A stretch of 64,000 nucleotides of DNA. Source: Yuukianura sp. NJ FZ-2021. Its lineage: Eukaryota. Below, in pieces: positions 12,383 through 26,400 of this stretch; position 1 is the first letter of the stretch; the number at the start of each line of letters is the position of its first letter. The notes beneath the pieces are model-generated. The model saw only the letters and a program-made list of their open reading frames with translations. It was not told where the DNA came from and did not search any database. The stretch spans positions 5,704,001 through 5,768,000 of the forward strand of contig CM102289.1 of the NCBI GenBank assembly GCA_046563655.1. Direction: 5' to 3'. Position numbers and translations under genes: made by a program.

Positions 12383-14443
12383 CGTATTCAAACAGGTACG
12401 ATGAGTAGAAGCCTTCGATTTTTTACACGATACATAGTAAAGCACTCGTGTTTGACAGTTTGCTTTAGTTTCTCTACTTTCAGCACAAAGCGTCAAAGAA
12501 AGGAGCGATTGAATTTGAAGTTCTACTTTGAAAAAAAGGGAGGCGAGAGATTTTGAAATTGGCTTAGATTTTGTTTTGGCTTCGTTGTTTCTAGAAGTTG
12601 AAAAAAATCGTTCAAAAGAAATTTCCCGCCAGAAAATATAGCCGAACCAGAAGAGAAAGTACTACATTTTCCATCAGTTTCAGTTCCACTGTAGCAAGCA
12701 AACCCTGTCACCACAAGATGGAAATTTATCTCAATATATTGGAAATAATGGGGTGATCTGATCATGAAGTTCTTTTTTCCCGCTTCCACTTTTCTCCAAT
12801 TTCGACACAGCGGAAAGAGTGAAAGTGAAAGAATTTTTCTTATTTTAAATCGCATTTTTCTACTGCCATTTTTGAAGTTTCAAAAAGTGAAAGAAAATAT
12901 CTCGAGACGTAGCAAATATTTTTGAAAAGAATTCCTTTTTTTTAACTTCTCTCGAGAGCATTTCACTTTCTTACTTGCAGATTTGTTTTCACAGGAAATT
13001 GAGAAGAAAATGACGTTGTTCAAAATCAAGTGTTAATATTTAGTGTTACTTATCTTTCCAATCTAGTCGTTTTTAAAATGAACTCAAAATGCAATAATAT
13101 TTTAAATTGTCACATCTTTTTCTCTTTGTGGTTGCTTCCAAATGTTAAATGTCACGTATTTGACAGGAGACATTTCTAATTATTTCTCCGTTTTTCTTTT
13201 ACGAAAAGAAAGTTTTGTAACAATAGGGAGCCCGTTTTACTGAATTTTACTTACGAAACCTAAAGAAATTGGAATTGAGAAGACTGAATAAAGTCAGTTT
13301 TCACTAGAGTTTCAAACAAGTTCAACTTTTTAAATTACGAAGAAAAAGCTGCAGGAAGAATTAGTAATAAAATTGAAATTTTTTCACATTGACAGTCACA
13401 ATTTCTAGTAGAACTTCAAGCTCATTTTTTCATTTTGAAATGCCACGTCCCCATTTTCCCTTCATTGTCTAGCATGTTTGAAACTTTTGCGGAATTCATT
13501 TTATCTTTGTCTTTTCCCTACATTCTAAATTGCATGGATTTCCATTTGATTTAACAGCTGAGGTAAACCGCATGTAGAATTTGAAAATGCTGAAAAGTAG
13601 TTCACACCTTTTGGGGAACGTAAAGTAGTAAAAGTGTGAAGTTAAAATTAATGGCCTTGTGATAAGTGCCATTTGGAAGAACGTGTTTCGAGGGTTTAAG
13701 TGCTCCTAATTTTGTATTAATTATGCTCCAAACTCCCGCTTTGTCCAAAATTAAAGCGTGGACTCCCGCCGCTTACACTTTCATCGGATTTACTTTCATC
13801 AAGTATAGGGCAAAAGGAAGTTACACAAGCGCAGAGTTTACTAATTTTTACATGCTAGTAGCAAAAGTTGAGAGCGGAACATGTCAAAGGGCAATAAGTC
13901 ACTCGTCTTAACACCAAGAGGACCACTTTGACTTTTAGTTTCAAAGTTTAATAAAGTTCCAAACTTGACGTTAATTACAGTTCCGTTTGGAGCAATTAAG
14001 TTGAAGAAGGAGACTTATCCAAGCACTGACGCGTGATTGAAGGAAAAGCTTTCTTCGCTATTCTACGGAACAAAAAACGTGCTGCAGCCTTTGACCTCGT
14101 TGTGGTTCCCTTTTCAATTTGATTTTCAAGCTCCCCGCTTCAGAGCTTTATGTTTCACCGAAACACTTTCCAATTTTTCACTTCCGAAATTTTGAAAATG
14201 CCTCCAGGAGTCTTAGGTACCCAAGTGTGTGAAAAAGAGAAAGTCTTGGCGCCTTTTTTCACCTCTTTTCCTCCAAACCCTAATTTCTCATCATATACCA
14301 CTTTCCCCGAAAAAGTCATTTTTAAACTTTCCTGGGCTCTTTTTGGTGTCACCGCCAGCTCGGCTTCTTTTTTGTTCCTGAGAAATGTTTTCCACTTTGT
14401 CTTACTTTCACCTTTTCACTTTATAGGATCCCTTGGAGCAAAA

Positions 14444-14456
14444 TGACCTTTGACCT
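14444..14456 (-). promoter_or_regulatory. Perfect nuclear-receptor DR1 element (AGGTCA-A-AGGTCA)
   Basis: TGACCTTTGACCT on the plus strand; function untested. Confidence 0.4.
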
Positions 14457-17400
14457 CGTTAGAAGCTACTTTGAAGCAGAGTTGTGTTCTCAAACAGTTT
14501 TTTTTTCTGTTGGCCTAAATAGAATTTAATGAATAAATTTTATGACACATGTAGTGTTCTTGACAAGTTGCACATCCTGTGCTCAACTAAGGCGTCAGTA
14601 AGTTAAGTTGCAGGGCTTAAAATCTAATTAATTTCACTCTTCAACAAGTTATGCTTTGTGAAAGGCTGAGTTCGTATTATCACTTGACAAATTTTTAAAA
14701 GCGAGTTCAAATTTAGTACTTCCAAAGGCATAAAAAAGTTGGACTTTTTAAATTTTAATTGGAGAGTTTATTAAATAAATTTGAAAAACACTTTGTTGTT
14801 GTGCTCAGTGTCATAATTCGTTTGTTTGATAAATCTGTTTTGCTTATTCGAATTTTACATGTTAACGACACAATTATTCGCATCTTCCGTTTGAATTTGT
14901 TGGGAATGGAATTAAGTTATCCTACAATTCCTTTCCGCCGTTATACTTGAGCGTTTGTTACCGTGGATGTCCAAATAGGAACACCGGCTTCTATAGTTTG
15001 CGTGGGAATCAGACCTTGGATTCTTTAAATTTAAAGATTTTTTAGATTGGATTTCTTTTAATTTTATGGTACATGTTAGGCTCGAATGACATAATTTAAG
15101 TGCTACGTTGAGTTAAGTTGAGACTCGGATTTGTTCTGGAAGTTTTACGGTATTGAGAAAGTAAATAGAGGTCATGTCAAAACAGGAGATTAGTTGGAAT
15201 AGGAATCGATTATGGGAGGAATGAAAACGGGAACAGTGGGCTATGAGGATGAAGTGAAGAGGATTAGTGCTTGTCTATCGACTGATTGGGATTTCAGTGC
15301 CCTTAATCCCCCAAAAGAAATTATCCGGAAGGGAACTAAAACAAATGGAAAGATCACAGCACAAATCCTACGAATCCCAAGGTCCTCCGTCCCCCGTCAG
15401 CGAAAAAGACTTTCAAAAACCCCGCTCTTCCAATCCATTGTTTTCTGTCCATTTTCAGCAAATTCAGCTCCAACTCCCTTTTTCTTTTGGTTCACTAGAC
15501 TGCAAGGGCTCTTCTATTTGAACTGAACCGTGGAAAGACAAGTGCTACTTGGTGACACATGACAAACAGATCCAAGCGCACGACATGAACAAAACGAAGG
15601 CAGAAAAATATACTGTTTTGCACAATAAAATTTGAAAACTGCTTCCAAGAAAAATCGACTCTAATTTATACACTTCATCAAAAACAGACCAAAAGCAAGC
15701 GTCCAGTTGCAGTAGCTTTTCAGCAAATAATTAAAAGTTGAAAAATTTGTCTCAAGTACAAAGTGTTTTGCCATACAAAATTTAAAAGTAGAGTTTTTTA
15801 AGCAGAACTTTTAAAAAAATCAAATTTAATTGAAATCGACAGTGGAATGACCGATAAATGGATTGATTTTTGACAAGCTAAATATAAAAATACTTAATGT
15901 TTAATTAACGGGTTGAAAAAAATCGTTAGGAGTGCGATATTGTGGTATTCGCAGTTTTGACGAATTCCAAAATTCGTTTGTTTGTAATGTAAAGCCTTGA
16001 ATATAAACGTAATTTTCATTTTTAGAAAAACAAAGGAAACAATGAAACAAACCAGAAGCTATTTCTTCTTTTGACCAAATGCGACGCTCTGATTGCTCGG
16101 TTTGAAGAAGTCGGATTTTTTTTATTTTGCCTCAATTTTTACCAAAATTGGCAACTTTCTCTTTGTGTTTATTTTGTGAATTTTTTAGTATTATTTGCGG
16201 TGAGATTTCAAAATGAAGAAGGAAGAAATAGTAAAAAAAGCCTGCACGTTGTCACGTTTTCTTTGTGTTCTAATGAACACAAGTTACAAGTAACAACACT
16301 ATGACATACACGTCAGCAAGATTTTGATATGTGGAGTATCAGTGAAAAAAAAGTAAGAGAAAACCGAAAACGGGAGGAAACAAGCTTTTTCTCTGAACTT
16401 CCTGAAAATCCCTTTAAGAATTCCTGTCCTAAGTCTGTTCCGGTACAATTTCCTTTTTGCCGGAAACTGAATCCTTTTCATTTCAAATTTTCTTTCTTCT
16501 TTTTCTATTCTTTTAAAAAAAGAAAAACGAGCTTCTCTTTTTTTTTTTGTTAAACTCGGATGACATATGTTGGGTAAAATTCTTCTTGGAAAATTCTACC
16601 TGGAAAAAAATTAAAAATTTTCTAAAGTGTCATCATCATCATCCTTTACTTTCCTTGAATTGTTGTAACAAATCTCACCTTCGCTTTTCCCATTAGAGAA
16701 AATGAATCAGAGGCTTACTAAAACACGGAGTGTCGGAATCCTCTGACATAATTTTAAATCTTGCTCACTCTCATTTTCACACATTCAATTATTTACCCAT
16801 TTCTGAAATTGGATTTAACTTTAGATTTTCTCGTCTCGCTTTTTTTTAAAAAAAAAGAGTAACTTGAAATATCCTGACTTGTTTACTTTCCCTTCGTTTG
16901 CATCGATTAAAAAACAACTCCAACAGACATTTATATTTTTTCCATTCACGTAATCCTCCACTACGCATTCAACTTTTTCTAACCCAAATCCACCTTCATC
17001 TCTTTCAATGTTCTACATTTTGCAGATCAAGCTGGCTCGCAATTTTTTAAAAATAGTATCTTCCCAATGGCGATTTTGTACCGTGCCTTTTTTCAAAACG
17101 TTGAAAAGTCTCAAACTTTCAACTTCTATTAAAAAACAACATGTCGACTTTTTGTTTCTGTTTTCTTGATTTTGTTGTAACAATTGTTTTGAACTAGAAA
17201 TTTGTCGCCTACTTCAGTCAAAGTTTGGGCGGTATTTTGCTCCTCACTCAGTATTTTTTCCACAACCTGTAATTTAAAACACAAACACAGTTTCATACGG
17301 TTTTTTATTCAAACAGGTTTGGAAATTCCACTATCTTTTTATTTTGTTTTTGCCATTGTGAATTTCGATTTCGCTTTTAGGTGTTTGAAAAAATCTCTCT

Positions 17401-20400
17401 GTACAAATGAAATATATTGAGCGGGATAGAGACTGGAGATAGAGTGAGACACATGATTATGGATATTGACTTGGTGTTTCCCAGAGCAACTTAAGATGGA
17501 GAAACCGCCTCTAATGGCCTTCCATATGGAGCACAGAAAGCGATTCCCGAGTGAAGAATTCCAAACATTTCGATGGAGAAAGCAAAGATGATCTCCCCTC
17601 CCTCTCACTACCCCCTGCCCCCTCGTTCCCTTCCTATGGACACATACATCGACTTCTTTCCTTACTTCAACCCAACAAAACTACAACCAACCGAGAACGT
17701 TGAGAAAAAGTATGGCAACAAATCAATATTAACTTTCCCCACGGCGGGAAACGGAGAGAAAGAAGCGACGAAATAAATCTTGTCAATTTTTGCATGGCAC
17801 TTTCTCCCGTGGCGCCAAAATCATAATTTTAATTTCAACAACTTTTCCGGAAATAACGTAAGGAAAAATCTCATATCCGGTTGGATCCTGACTCCATTTC
17901 AGGGCAATTGCACACGTCATAAGAAGGCAACAAAAATTGGTACTACTTGAGGAAAAAAATGGTAAAATAAAATCAATTTTCTTCTTTGGAACCCGCCAAA
18001 CAGCAAGAAATTTGGTAAAAACAAAAAGTTCCGAGAAGTTTTTCTTTGATTTTCAGTTGGCTGGCTTGACTTCTGTCCCGCCCACATTGTTTCTACTTAA
18101 AATAAAACAAAGAGCAAAAGTCAACATTTGAATTGTTTAATTTCTTTTGTTCTTTTTCTTTCTGTTTTACTCAAAAGTTTTAATTCACACGCTGATTTTT
18201 TGCAAACAAAGAACTTTCTTTGGTTCTTTTTCAGTTTTTTGATTGTGAAAAAGTAGGTTAACTTCTGTCTAAACCCAGTGGAGCGTCTGGAAAGTGAAAC
18301 TTTGCTGATTTTTTGTTCTTCGTGCTAAAGAAGGAAACGAATAAAGAAAGAAAAACAATGAGGGAGTCACTTAGCTCCCATCAAACACACACACAAATCC
18401 CCCATTTCTTCAAACGAAATTACAAACTTTTTTGGCGGAAGTTTGGAAACTCAAATGAAGTCGAATCCTGATTTCCTTGGAACCCTGATTCCTGATTTCC
18501 AGTTCTATCAACTGCGATACTGCCATTGAACTGAGGCCATGAAACCAAATGGAATGTTCAAGGATATCAGAGAGAGCTCTTGCAACTTGATCCCTGGACG
18601 TAAGAAATGTAGAAGTGAAAGTTGGGCTTTACACTTTCACTTTCTTCCGAGGATTCTGGAATTCTAGAATTGTAGGATCCTATTGAGATATCCGAAGAAA
18701 GAATATGGGGATGTAAGCGGAGCCTCAGTTTACAATTGGAGCGGAAATATAACACAAACCTCCACTTTCACTTTCTTCAACTTATGAGACTTAGGATTTG
18801 AAAGACTTTATTTCCAGGGCTTCAAATTCAAAGCTCCCCGCTCTCTGTTGGTGCTCAGTCATCCCACATACACCACAGATTCTGTCGCAAACAGTTGCCC
18901 AAAAACATCTTCACTCACACTTTCTCCTAAGCTCAACTTTCATCCCTTTCTTAGTATTTCAAAAAGAATTTTTTTTAAGATTTCGAGATAGTGCAGTTTT
19001 GCTTTTGTTTTAAATTAATATTTTAGTGAGGTTAGTTTGGAAAAACAAAAATATTTCCAACCATCAATTTTTTTAAAAGGGGTTTTAAAGGGTAGGCTCA
19101 TTTTTGGAAACCATTTTTCAATTTCCTTGGAAAAACTCATCATCCATTCTCAATTTTTTTGAAAACTAAAAAAATTGAAAGCGTGAGTGACTTTTTTAAG
19201 CTAAACTAAAGCCTTTCCCTCAACAGCACAAAGCCGACCAAGTGAAAGTAGAGGCAGAATTTCTTCCCGTATTCATCTGTAACGGGATTTGAGCTCATGG
19301 GGACCAATCCCAGCATCACTGTTTCTGAATCCACCGATTCTGTCGTTTAGCCAGAACATTTTAACATAAAGGAAGACTCCAGAGCCTAAGGAACAAGATC
19401 AGAACAAAGGGCATCATCCTCCAGCCGATGCCCGGGTTTGGAAAACGGGATCAATCCCTGCTTTTCTTTCCTTTTGAATTTTGCCTCCTCTTTCAGTTGG
19501 CGCTCAGTCGGATATTATGATCCTATCAATCTCCTCCTTTCTCTAAAATGATGGAGAGGTTTTAGCAGCGGGAAAGCAGTACAATTCAAACTTAAGCCTC
19601 AGCTTTTGCCTAGTTCTGTTCCTACTGAAAGTGTTGGAGCTCGGTAGTGGTATTTGTGTTGTCAAAACTTTCTCCTATCTTCCATCTCAACATTGATTTC
19701 CGTGTTGTGTCAACATGTCAAGTTTTGTAGTAGAACTACACTAGATCAACTAACATATTCATTAACCTGGAGTCCTAAATTCAACATAGTCTAAAAGCAT
19801 TAATTAATTAATGAAACATAATCTGATTAATTAAAGTGTGGAAGTAAATGAGCGATTTTACGCTCAATATTTGACAACAGTGGGAGTAAAGTTTTAAATC
19901 CGTTCTTCCCGCTATTTTTCCCGTTTGTTTCTCGATAGCAGTGGGACGCATAGGAAAAAGGATGATCCTGTCCAAAAACGCGGTTTTGTCAAGTAGAAAG
20001 GCTGGAATAAATGGAAAGCCTTTTCCGCGAAAACCACAACGGGTTCTTGGATTCAAATTCAAATGAGGAGAATTGGCGCGTTTTCGTGAAGGACTCTGAA
20101 AAGCATCATCAGGTTGCTCCCCTGAGACAGGCAGTTCTAGTGGTGCAGGAAGAAGTGCCGCTTCGGTTGGTTTTAGTTTTAGACGATGAGCCACTCTGAA
20201 TTTGAAGGATTAATTATACATCTTTTGAGCTTTTTCCTACAAAACTTAAGGGTTTTAGTCTAGCCTCAAGGAATGCTTTTTGCCTAACTGTTACTTATGA
20301 AGTGTAATCGCATTTCAAGTCTCACGATGACTAACCTTTTTCATTAAGATTTAAATTTTCACTCTGAAATCTTCATTAGAAGAAAAGAGGCTTAAGGGTA

Positions 20401-23400
20401 GATTGACCTCATTTAAGAAAAACCAAGCAAACTTAAAATACGTTCATCTTGACGCTTTCAGATTAAAAAAAATGAAACTAACGTAAGTATTTGAATTTTT
20501 TTTAATCTGAATTCATTAAAAGTTTTTTCTGCTTTGTCGTTCTTCGGGAATTTGAAGAGACGCAGACAATGCTGCAGAATAAAATTTGAGTTTTGTTAAT
20601 ATGAAAAGAGTTACTAACGTTATTAGGACATGACCATTATCTCCGTTCATTTTTTGATAAGCGGATTTCATACAACATGAAGCGAGGAGAAAAGTTATCA
20701 AAGGTTAATTTGGCTGACTTTGCTTTTATATCTGAAAACCTACTTTTATAAGGAAAAATCTTGTTTTTGTTTGCACAACTTTTTAATGAAAGTTAAACCC
20801 TGTGCTCACTGGTCATTAATTTTGGCATGTTCGTTAAATTATACTTTCTGTCATTACTTGTTGAGTTAATATTTATTTTGGAAGATTGGAACAAACGGAG
20901 AGATTTATCCGGTTAGGGCAGAATTAAAACGTTCACAATTTAGAAGAAGGTCATTCACCCTTGATATACTAACAATAATACAAAATATATCTAACCTCTA
21001 CTGTAGATTTGGAAAAGAAGGTAGCCTTAATAATAATAAAATTATACTTTTCTCGTATATAATAATTTATAAATATAAAAAGCTGAAAATGCTTCGAAAT
21101 TCGTTTTCTTAAATTTTGAATTCTTCCTCTGCAGCCATAATTTATGCTTCACTTGAAGTGTGAATTGTGTTTTGAAAATATTTCTTTTCAAGGATCTAAC
21201 CAAAAACAAAAAAAAATCAAACAGCAAGAGTAATGGGTTCTGATATGAGTCCAATGTATTTGGGCGCATGTCCGTTATAATTTTTTCTTCTACTAAAGTA
21301 ATTCTGTTCGACTTGACAAATTTTCCATTTCTGTTCCAAAAAAAATGATTCATTTCTATTCTTCCCAGTCTTAGTAGAACTTTTTGGTTTGCTTTCACCA
21401 TTTTTCTGGAACTCTGGAATCAAACAATCCTGAAGCAGGAGCAATGCTAGAAAATGAGGCTCAGAAACATAAGAAAACGTAAAAATGTGTTTTAATTTAG
21501 ATGCACTGCCCCAGAGGGACACTAAAACACAGAAAAAGAAGACGAGAAAAAATGATTCATGAATCAGGTTTCTCCGCTCAAATAAAGAAACCCGTAGCGT
21601 ACAAACAAAAAAGCCTCAGAAAAAAACCTGGACGGAATTGACTATGAGGGGGCGTTCGTATCCCTTCCTGAACAATTTCCTCATTCCCATTTAACTTATG
21701 ATTTGATCAAAATTCACTACAACTCACTAACTTACAAAATAAGCTCAACATTTCCAGCATCTAGATGAAAAAAACTTTGGGCTGGGCACCCAACAGAGCC
21801 GGACACTCGCACAAAGTTGGAGGAAGCGACGCAGAACAGGGCACCCGGAGAAAGTTCACTTTCTCTGCCCATAACTTCATAGAGGCTAATGGCCTTTTCT
21901 GTTCGTTTCTTAGGTTTAGTTGCTTACAGAAGATAAATAGGGTGGAAGTAGCTTTAGAAAATCTAAAGAAAGAAACGGCTCCGCCTCCGCCTTCCTCCGT
22001 TTTCTATCATCTTGTTCTGAGATCTACTGGAACGTTCCATATCTCTGATTCTTAGAAGAAGGAGGAGAGATGGACCCAGCAGACCAAAAGCCGTTGAAGT
22101 CCGTGAGATGGTTTCAGAGTGAAGGCTTGAAACGACGAGAATTCTGGAGAAAGTAGAAAGTCTGCTGGAGAAAGTCCTGGAAATTCTGAAGGAAGTGAGG
22201 GACTTTTCTTGGACGACGACTCCAAAATCCAGAAGAGTTTAGGCAAGGCAATTTCGGCTATTTGGAGAAAGTAAAATCAGAGCTCTATGCAAGTTCGGAA
22301 GATTGCGCGACTTTTCCAGACACAGAGAACAAAAGACTAGAGAAAGAAGCTTTGTCTGAAGAAAGTAAAATCAAATTCCGGCACGCACAGAGCAGCCTTG
22401 TAAAAGGCAAATCGTCATTGCAAATTTATGCAGAAAATCTCCAAAAACGGGCTCATTTCTACGCAAGTCTCTTCTTTTTATTTATGAACTTTCACCCAAA
22501 CGGAGGTAGAATCTAAACGTTCCGTTTTATTAAAACGAGAATGTTTTTGAACTTGTAAAAAAGGAGATTTCTTTTTGTTTTCTCAAGAAGCATTTGTGGT
22601 GTAAACATAATCGCTAATCTGGCTTGTAAATCATCAGATTCAAATTTTCTAAAAATTTTCAAGTTGTTTCTTTGTGGTGCTAACTTAGCTTTCTCCTAGA
22701 AAACAAAGACCAGGCAATGAAGTAAAGTGAAAGCTTGTAATTATGAAACAATAGACTTTGTGTGAAGGCAGATAAGACGGAAGAAGTCGTTGGAAGGCAC
22801 GAAGCTACTAAAACGTTAAAAGGAAACGCGCCAAACTTTGAAGATAAAAGCAGGTTATTTGAACGTTCCCACGTTCGTATCCAAGACTGTTTCTTCGGTC
22901 CTGAGGCCGAAAGGAATTTGGATGGAGGCACACGACTCTCATTGTAATACAAAAGTCAAAGTACTAGCCTAACCTTAAACCCAGTGTGGGAAACCCAACC
23001 TAATTCAAAACTAGCCTAACCTTTAATTTCTAATTCAGTCATGCATTGCCAATTCACTTGGTTAAAAAAAAGTACAAAGTTTTTTGCGTGAACATGTATG
23101 GTCTACGACCTGCACACGTCCATTTCATTGGAAGGTTATGAACGAGAAAGTGAATGCTGTATCCTCCGTCACGCTTTCCAACTTTTAGTCTGCTCCTGAA
23201 AAAAACGCCGTTTCTTTGAATGAAAGGGAACAAAGCACTTCTCCTGGAACTTTCTTTTCAAATTTGGTTGTCTCTAGTACTTTCTCATTTTTAGGTCTAT
23301 TCTTACTTCTGCTGGATGTCCCGAGTTCCACAAAAGCAGAAATTTTGAAGAAAAAAACGAAAAAGGAAAAGATCAAAAGGGATTTGGGGTTTGTCCATTG

Positions 23401-26400
23401 TCAAACGACTAAAGAAAAAAAAGGAACTAGCGAAACCTATGCAACAAAGTAAAAGTATAAGACTTTTCTCTTAATCCATTTAAAACTGTTTCCGAGGATA
23501 GAAAGAATTTCAAATAAAAAAAAACCTTATAACCGAAAAAGAAGTTGAGGTCGATTCACACAAAAAAAAATTGTAAGGAAAAAAAACTTGTTTTGACATT
23601 TCTTCACTTTATAAATTTTGGAGATCAAAAGTGAATGAACTTTCAGAATTTCTAACATACTTTTCCTTTTAATGGATTGGAATGTGACACCTCTACATTT
23701 ACGTAATTTGTGATTTTATAATGGAGAGGTGGATCATGATTTTTTTTTTGAATTTTTTTAAGTAAAAATGCTTCTAGGAAGAGATTAGAAAATCTGGTCC
23801 TAATCTAAATTCCGTTTGTTTGAGGCTGTGGACTTTCTCCTCTTGAAGATAATTGGAGAAAGTCTTTGTTTTTCTAAGTGGTCTTTAAGGATTTTAAGAA
23901 AATTGATGTGTCAGCTCCAGGCGAAAGTCGGCGAAACAGAAAGAAGGTTAGGCTATGCTAACTTAACCTAATCCTACTCTTGCATAACTTAACCACATTT
24001 TTCAAGCAGATGATAAGTTGAAATGCATCTGAGGAACTAGGATTCTTTCCTCATTACAAATTCTTTTTCGTTTGTTCCTTCCGCTTCTTTTTAAAAATCA
24101 AGGACAGAATTCTTTGCTAGTACGAATTTTAAAAATTTCCTTGCTTTTCTATTAAAGTTTTGTAGTTTATGCCACGTTTTAGAATTTTATGACAAACCAC
24201 TTTCAACAAAAAGCGGGTTTTAAAATATTTCACGGAAAGCTTTTTAAATAAAACATAATTTTCGTTTTCGATTTTTTTCCACAGGTATTCCTTCCGCAAT
24301 GGTATAAGTGAAAGTGTTTGAAATTTTAACTAACACTTTCATTTTTTATTTTTTGTGAAAGAATCTAACCTTTAAAAAGTTCTACAAATTTTTGTCAACT
24401 GTTGAAAATTGAAAAGTTTTTCTAGGAAATTAGAACTAATTTGCATTTAGAAAATTTTTACTGAATCTTGGTTTCTTAGATAGTACTTCTTGAGCAAACA
24501 TGTTTCTTTTCAAAAGTTTTCTTGGAAGTTTGACCCAATTAATCAAAACTTTTTGGGTGAATGAACACATAGAAGCTGTTTCTCAGATAAAAAATTTTCC
24601 GGAAGATTTTTTCTTACTAATAACGTCAATATTTTGCTAGATTTCTTTTCATTTTTCCAAAACCAATCTAAAATTGAACGATCAAGGAAGAAAAATATTT
24701 AAGATCTCCAAGAAAAACTGGGTTCCATTTCTCATAAGACAGGTTTTGTTTTACTTTCACTTTGGAAAAGCTCTCTTTTTCACAAGAAAAAAATCTCTCT
24801 TTTTTTAAAATATGGTGAAAGTGAATTTGAGACAGGAAATGGATGTGATGAGTTTTCGGTTCTTGAAAACGTCCCAACCGTCTAAAAGCTTCTTGGATGA
24901 GTAAAAGTGCTGAAGTGCTTTTTAGAAGGAGAGAGAAAAACTGTTCAAAAATCTAGAAAACTATGAGGATTCAAAAGCTTCGTTTAATGCAAATGGTTTT
25001 CCATTCATAATGCATCTGGGAAAAGTTCTTTTTCTTGAAATCCAACTTCCAAGTCAAGCCGAGGAATACTAAAAAGAACGACGTCCCACAAAATGACTCC
25101 AAACGTCGCTTTCCTTTAAAAAAAAAGTTTCCGTTCTAAAAAAAATGTAGAAAAGTTTTTCCAATCCGTGAGATGTAGTCTGCAATTAAGTTTTCTTCTC
25201 TCCATGAATTACTCCTTGTGGAGCACACCATTTTTGCACGACTACTGCAGCAGTTAACTAAAACTAAGAAACTGTGGATTTCTGTGGAATAGAGAAAATC
25301 ACGTTTAAGGAAAAGTTTATGGCGAGGGAAGACGAAAGGGGGAGCTAAAGTATGAAATGGCAAAGGCGCGGGAAATTTTGAAACCTTTCGTTGGCCAAAA
25401 ATCCCATGGGGAAAAGTAAGACTTGGCGTAGGAGAAAGTTCTAATCAAGATTGATTCGATGGTTCCTTTTTTAACAGGCTTACAAAAAGAGCAAGAGACT
25501 TCCACGACTCCTTGTCACAAACACTAAAGTAAGAGTATCACCCTCCAGGATTAGCGCCAATTTTCAAAAACTTTTGAAACTTTGTATTTTTTTTTTTGCC
25601 GCTCACTTCTCACACTCTACAGGATGCGCGTAGTAACTCCTATTCCACAGGGACGAGACGAGGAAACTAGCAGTAATGGTTGAAATTAACTTTACGCAAA
25701 GTGCATTAAAAGTTACAGAAAGGGTTTAAATTTTTGGCGCCTGAAGTACAAAATGTCCTTTTTTGTTTAAAACTTATTGTTAACCTTTTTTAAAAGTTAA
25801 AAAATATTTGCAATGAATGCAAAATAACTTGCAAAATAAGTCAAAAAAGCGCTTTGCCGCTTCGTATCACACTCGTACTTACTGAGTCGTCAACTTTAGA
25901 TGTTCAAAACAAAAGTTGGAAGTCAGTGGTATCATGAAATCTGAATTTTTTTGCACACGCGCACAAAGTTAAAGGATGTTAATTACGACTTGCTTTTGTG
26001 TGTGGCTGGCATGTAACTTTGAAAAAATGGTTCCGCACAAATCCGCATCCATGCAACAACGTTCACTTCCTTTAACAGTTTGTGCCGCTATGACAAATGT
26101 CATAAATTGGTTCGTCCTGTCTACCATTCCTTCCGCTTGTCTCCCTTCTAAATCAGCTTATTCATCTCGAGTCATTTCTCTAAATTTTTTTCTGTTCTAG
26201 AAAAGTCTACTTCTTTTCATGTTCCAAAAAAAGACTTTCTCCGACTCCAGTTTTTCCTTGTAACCCTTAAGTTGAAATTTATGACAGGAGAATGGAAATT
26301 CGTAAGAAATAACAATTTTCAGAAGCTGTTTTTGAGCTCTCTCGAAACCAGAGTTGGGAAATGAAATGAAAACAAGCAGTTCAACCGCATTTTCTGGTTT

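Noticed and set aside
22052..22280. Purine-rich stretch resembling an exon (NDENSGESRKSAGESPG...)
   Set aside because: No matching acceptor/donor pair; explained by short ctggagaaagt duplications.
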